From: Candidatus Saccharimonadota bacterium
GTDB lineage: Bacteria > Patescibacteriota > Saccharimonadia > CAILAD01 > BJGX01
Assembly (NCBI GenBank): GCA_016191105.1
Contig: JACPPH010000006.1
Location: 32,670 to 96,669, forward strand
DNA: 64,000 nucleotides
Direction: 5' to 3'
The notes below the pieces were generated by a model. That model saw only the letters and a program-made list of their open reading frames with translations. It had not been told where the DNA came from and did no database searches. A program made the translations under genes and the position numbers. Positions 59,701 through 64,000 of the stretch are shown here, piece by piece (within the stretch, counting starts at the first letter, position 1; the number at the start of each line of letters is the position of its first letter).

Positions 59701-59981
59701 TAACCCTAAGTGGCGACCTAACTGTAAATGGCCAAGTCGTGGTAGCTGGCAACTTGCAGCTCAAAGGCGACAACACGGGCGTAATTAGGGTACCGGCTGG
59801 CCAAACCCGTGTGCGCATGAGCTTTAATAGGCCATTCCAGGTGGCACCAAATGTTACGCTGACAGCCAAAGCCTTAACAAAAGTGAGCTACGCTGTTGAT
59901 AACGAATCAACTACCGGGTTCGATGTAATCTTGGAGTCGCCACAAGATCAGGATACGGTTTTGAATTACCACGCTCTCTAG
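56775..59981 (+). CDS. Large membrane-anchored surface protein resembling a tail fibre or beta-helix, with a C-terminal peptidase-S74 intramolecular-chaperone domain
   Basis: N-terminal signal anchor. Gly/Thr/Asn-rich repeats. C-terminal CSSDERLKTNI…GVTFNW…GFIAQEV is the motif of endosialidase/tail-fibre chaperone (S74) domains. Confidence 0.65.
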   Translation: MEPTAQTNNQTLDSTFSSQVNPEGLLPSDVASANNQVQALHQRNRYFQLLWAVLIAIALLLVGLAVWLFLRNNTKVISTTGVAEQYSPTRVNLTNTGNPTAVNLGQVNINGDLQVLGDIAVGGSINGNGSGITNINPNNISGVIPVGQLDPNVALLNRNFQTFVGTNQFFRNSSNSVAAFEIQNASSAPIFSVDTSQGAVAINSTVTSQNGLQFETNGNGRFAGTLQVGAQSNPSVSILNTGTLFSNDIQRVLTVQDITQPSTNVPGRIYVGTSAELLADPQIDPVAITYYPLPPGFPTNVPLTVSGNKNIFAGGYSAVQTASTNSKDYFIVGGNLSGATHAGSGNVLVDIGQFSTVSNVGAGSITAALANVVAPTMTQGGITNYTGYTALDPQSSALTGYGLQPLITGGSLFTQTGIDIQWQHSATGAIGTFANLNLYSEGQSSNNLMEGSLIIGQCNTYSAVNLYELLNIANPTNRTNCLSSTANQVRLTVAGTASQTSDLSRWTNSSGTVLDSISSSGKLNVQGSGSEFALNVGNTSLNGGLMIKGTFGSGDTLTTTGIGTRAFVYPKKAAFRAGIITGSGPYAGAEWNDANIGDRTVVFGKDSAAVGSDNFVAGNNLNVTGSANAVFGDATGFGASIAGIGNFSVGPNTISATTGVGNAVFNVFSGVSSVINTIGTGGNVVFGNGNSISTGSSNRLFGNSITATGSNAYIINLSSTAVSSSASNVFSVMNGKVGIGSTNPTARLDVSGSSGTEITAIFDNGTSTGDIMRARDGGTQVFALANEGAATFQNKTNSTAAFQIQNAAGTSNLLIADTTNTRIGIGASGPTNTLTVTNTGTTSVAKFNGSSSTQCTVVTGTGWSCSSDERLKTNILSIDDGLDKIMQLRGVTFNWVSDPNGEQQDGFIAQEVQKVLPELVSTDTNGYQSLNKDGILAYLVKAVQQQQSQIDQLKNIASSSATSIDVIKILADAQAVTLSGDLTVNGQVVVAGNLQLKGDNTGVIRVPAGQTRVRMSFNRPFQVAPNVTLTAKALTKVSYAVDNESTTGFDVILESPQDQDTVLNYHAL

Positions 59982-60023
59982 TCTAAATTAACTTGCAACT
60001 AACCTGGTATTCACCTATAATGA

Positions 60024-62165
<2,142 letters not shown>

Positions 62166-62303
62166 TTATGGCTTATTTCTTTGGAGCATTTCATTGGCAA
62201 AACCTACGCGATTCATTCGCCGTGCCTTTAAGTCCGTCTCATTGCATTGCTCGGTCTTTCCGCGAACTGCTTACAAATAAATCAGCCATAGAAAGAGTAG
62301 AAT

Positions 62304-64000
62304 ATGGAAGATAAAGAAAACATACCTGGGCCAATCGAAGAGAATCCGGAAAATAAATTTGGAGCAAATATTGCCGACGGCTTGAGTGATCCGGTTAAGA
62401 CTGAATTCGGGCTAATTTCAGACAAAACAGTTGAGTCCGAGATGGAACAGAGCTATTTAGATTACGCTATGAGTGTAATTGTCGCTCGAGCTTTGCCCGA
62501 TGTGCGCGACGGCTTAAAGCCGGTGCACCGCCGCATACTATATGCCATGAACAACATTGGCCTGCGGCACAATGTAAAGTACCGTAAGTCGGCTACGATT
62601 GTTGGTGAGGTGATTGGTAAGTTTCACCCGCACGGCGATGCGGCAATTTATGAATCAATGGTTCGAATGGCACAACCCTGGGCGATGCGCTACACACTAG
62701 TAGACGGCCAAGGTAACTTTGGTAGTATGGACGGCGATGGGGCAGCCGCCCACCGCTATACCGAAGCCAGGATGACCCGGCTTGCCGAAGAGCTATTAGC
62801 CGATATCGACAAAGATACCGTTGACTTTATGCCTAACTTCGACGGCAGCCAGAAAGAGCCCAAGGTGCTGCCAGCCAAGCTACCAAACCTGCTTATCAAC
62901 GGCGTGCAGGGTATTGCTGTTGGTATGGCCACAAACATACCGACCCATAACCTCTCAGAGGTCATTGATGGCGTAATTTGTTTAATTGATACTCCAAATG
63001 CCGGACCAGTTGAACTGGCCAAAATTGTAAAAGGCCCCGACTTCCCGACTGGTGGTGTAATTTTCGATGATGGCTCAATCGCTCACGCTTACGGAACTGG
63101 TCGTGGTAGCATTACCATGCGGGCGGTGGCCGAGATAGAAGAAGATAGCAAAGGTCGCGAAAAGATAATCATTAGTGAAGTGCCTTACCAGGTGAATCCA
63201 TCGGTTTTGATTGCCAAGATTGCCGAACTGCACCAAGCCAAAAAAATAGTCGGCATTTCAGATCTACGCGATGAGTCAGCCAAAGAAGAAGTTCGAATTG
63301 TTATTGAACTCAAAAAAGATGCCTATGCCAACAAAATACTCAATCAGCTCTATAAGCTCACGCCTATGCAAACGGCCTTCCATGTAAATATGCTTGCCCT
63401 AGTCGACGGCATACAGCCACGCGTTCTTAACTTAGAAACAGTCCTGCGCGAATATCTCAAACACCGCCAGATTGTAGTACGCAGGCGCACCGAGTTTGAG
63501 CTCAAAAAAGCCGAAGACCAGGCTCATATACTCGAGGGCTTAAAAATTGCTCTGGATCAAATTGACGCTGTTATTTCAACCATTCGCAAGTCGCAAACCC
63601 AAGAAGAAGCCAGAGCGAATTTAGTAGAGCGGTTTAAACTATCAGAAATCCAAGCCAACGCCATCTTGGCCATGCAGCTGCGCCGTTTGGCTGCGCTCGA
63701 ACGCCAAAAAATCGAAGACGAACTTAAAGAGCTAAAGAATTTTATCAAAGAGCTGAAGGAAATCTTATCGTCCGAAGCAAACATCTTAAAGATCATTCGC
63801 GAGGAACTAGTTGAAATAAAAGAACGCTATGGCGACAGGCGTCGCACCAAGATAGTTAAAAAAGCCATTGGCAACTTCTCTGAAGAAGACTTAATCCCCG
63901 ACGAAGATGTGATTATCACGCTCACCAAAGGTAATTATATTAAACGCATACCGGCCAATACTTATATACAGCAAAACCGAGGCGGTAAAGGCAAAATTGG
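62304..64000 (+). CDS. gyrA: DNA gyrase subunit A (3'-truncated by the window end)
   Basis: …[32 protein letters not shown]… and the downstream GyrA motifs. There is no stop codon within the window. Confidence 0.9.
   Translation, partial: MEDKENIPGPIEENPENKFGANIADGLSDPVKTEFGLISDKTVESEMEQSYLDYAMSVIVARALPDVRDGLKPVHRRILYAMNNIGLRHNVKYRKSATIVGEVIGKFHPHGDAAIYESMVRMAQPWAMRYTLVDGQGNFGSMDGDGAAAHRYTEARMTRLAEELLADIDKDTVDFMPNFDGSQKEPKVLPAKLPNLLINGVQGIAVGMATNIPTHNLSEVIDGVICLIDTPNAGPVELAKIVKGPDFPTGGVIFDDGSIAHAYGTGRGSITMRAVAEIEEDSKGREKIIISEVPYQVNPSVLIAKIAELHQAKKIVGISDLRDESAKEEVRIVIELKKDAYANKILNQLYKLTPMQTAFHVNMLALVDGIQPRVLNLETVLREYLKHRQIVVRRRTEFELKKAEDQAHILEGLKIALDQIDAVISTIRKSQTQEEARANLVERFKLSEIQANAILAMQLRRLAALERQKIEDELKELKNFIKELKEILSSEANILKIIREELVEIKERYGDRRRTKIVKKAIGNFSEEDLIPDEDVIITLTKGNYIKRIPANTYIQQNRGGKGKI

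Overview
This 64 kb window looks like the chromosome of a small-genome, Gram-positive-type bacterium with a backbone of roughly 45-50% GC. The gene content (many aminoacyl-tRNA synthetases, an LPXTG protein, little biosynthesis) would fit a CPR/Saccharibacteria-like organism, but that assignment is inference. Backbone genes include a MacB-type ABC transporter, rplT-rpmI-infC, a NadK-like protein, bactofilin, comM, an AroG-type DAHP synthase, a GalT-family gene, two GT4 glycosyltransferases, tmRNA and smpB, class I aldolase, argS, a UvrD-nuclease helicase, an SprT-like protein, pheA, rmuC, trpS, pheS-pheT, an L,D-transpeptidase, a type IV secretion-like ATPase, an LPXTG/PKD surface protein, a divergent F1-ATPase-like alpha-gamma-beta-epsilon block, a 1068-aa tail-fibre-like protein, gyrB and the start of gyrA. 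The most striking feature is a ~12 kb mosaic island beginning exactly at the CCA 3' end of the tmRNA gene (13304-13696) and separating it from smpB (27084-27533). The island has three parts. First, a large serine recombinase gene is bracketed by a 132-bp inverted-repeat pair. Second, directly next to it, a 134-bp inverted-repeat pair brackets an XRE regulator, a membrane protein and a P1B-type ATPase with non-canonical motifs. Third, 60-65% GC genes that look actinobacterial (hypotheticals, MOSC, purE, purC) are split by an AT-rich Fic (AMPylase-toxin-like) module. All of this is read from the ORF translations and by-eye motif and repeat matching. No database search was run.
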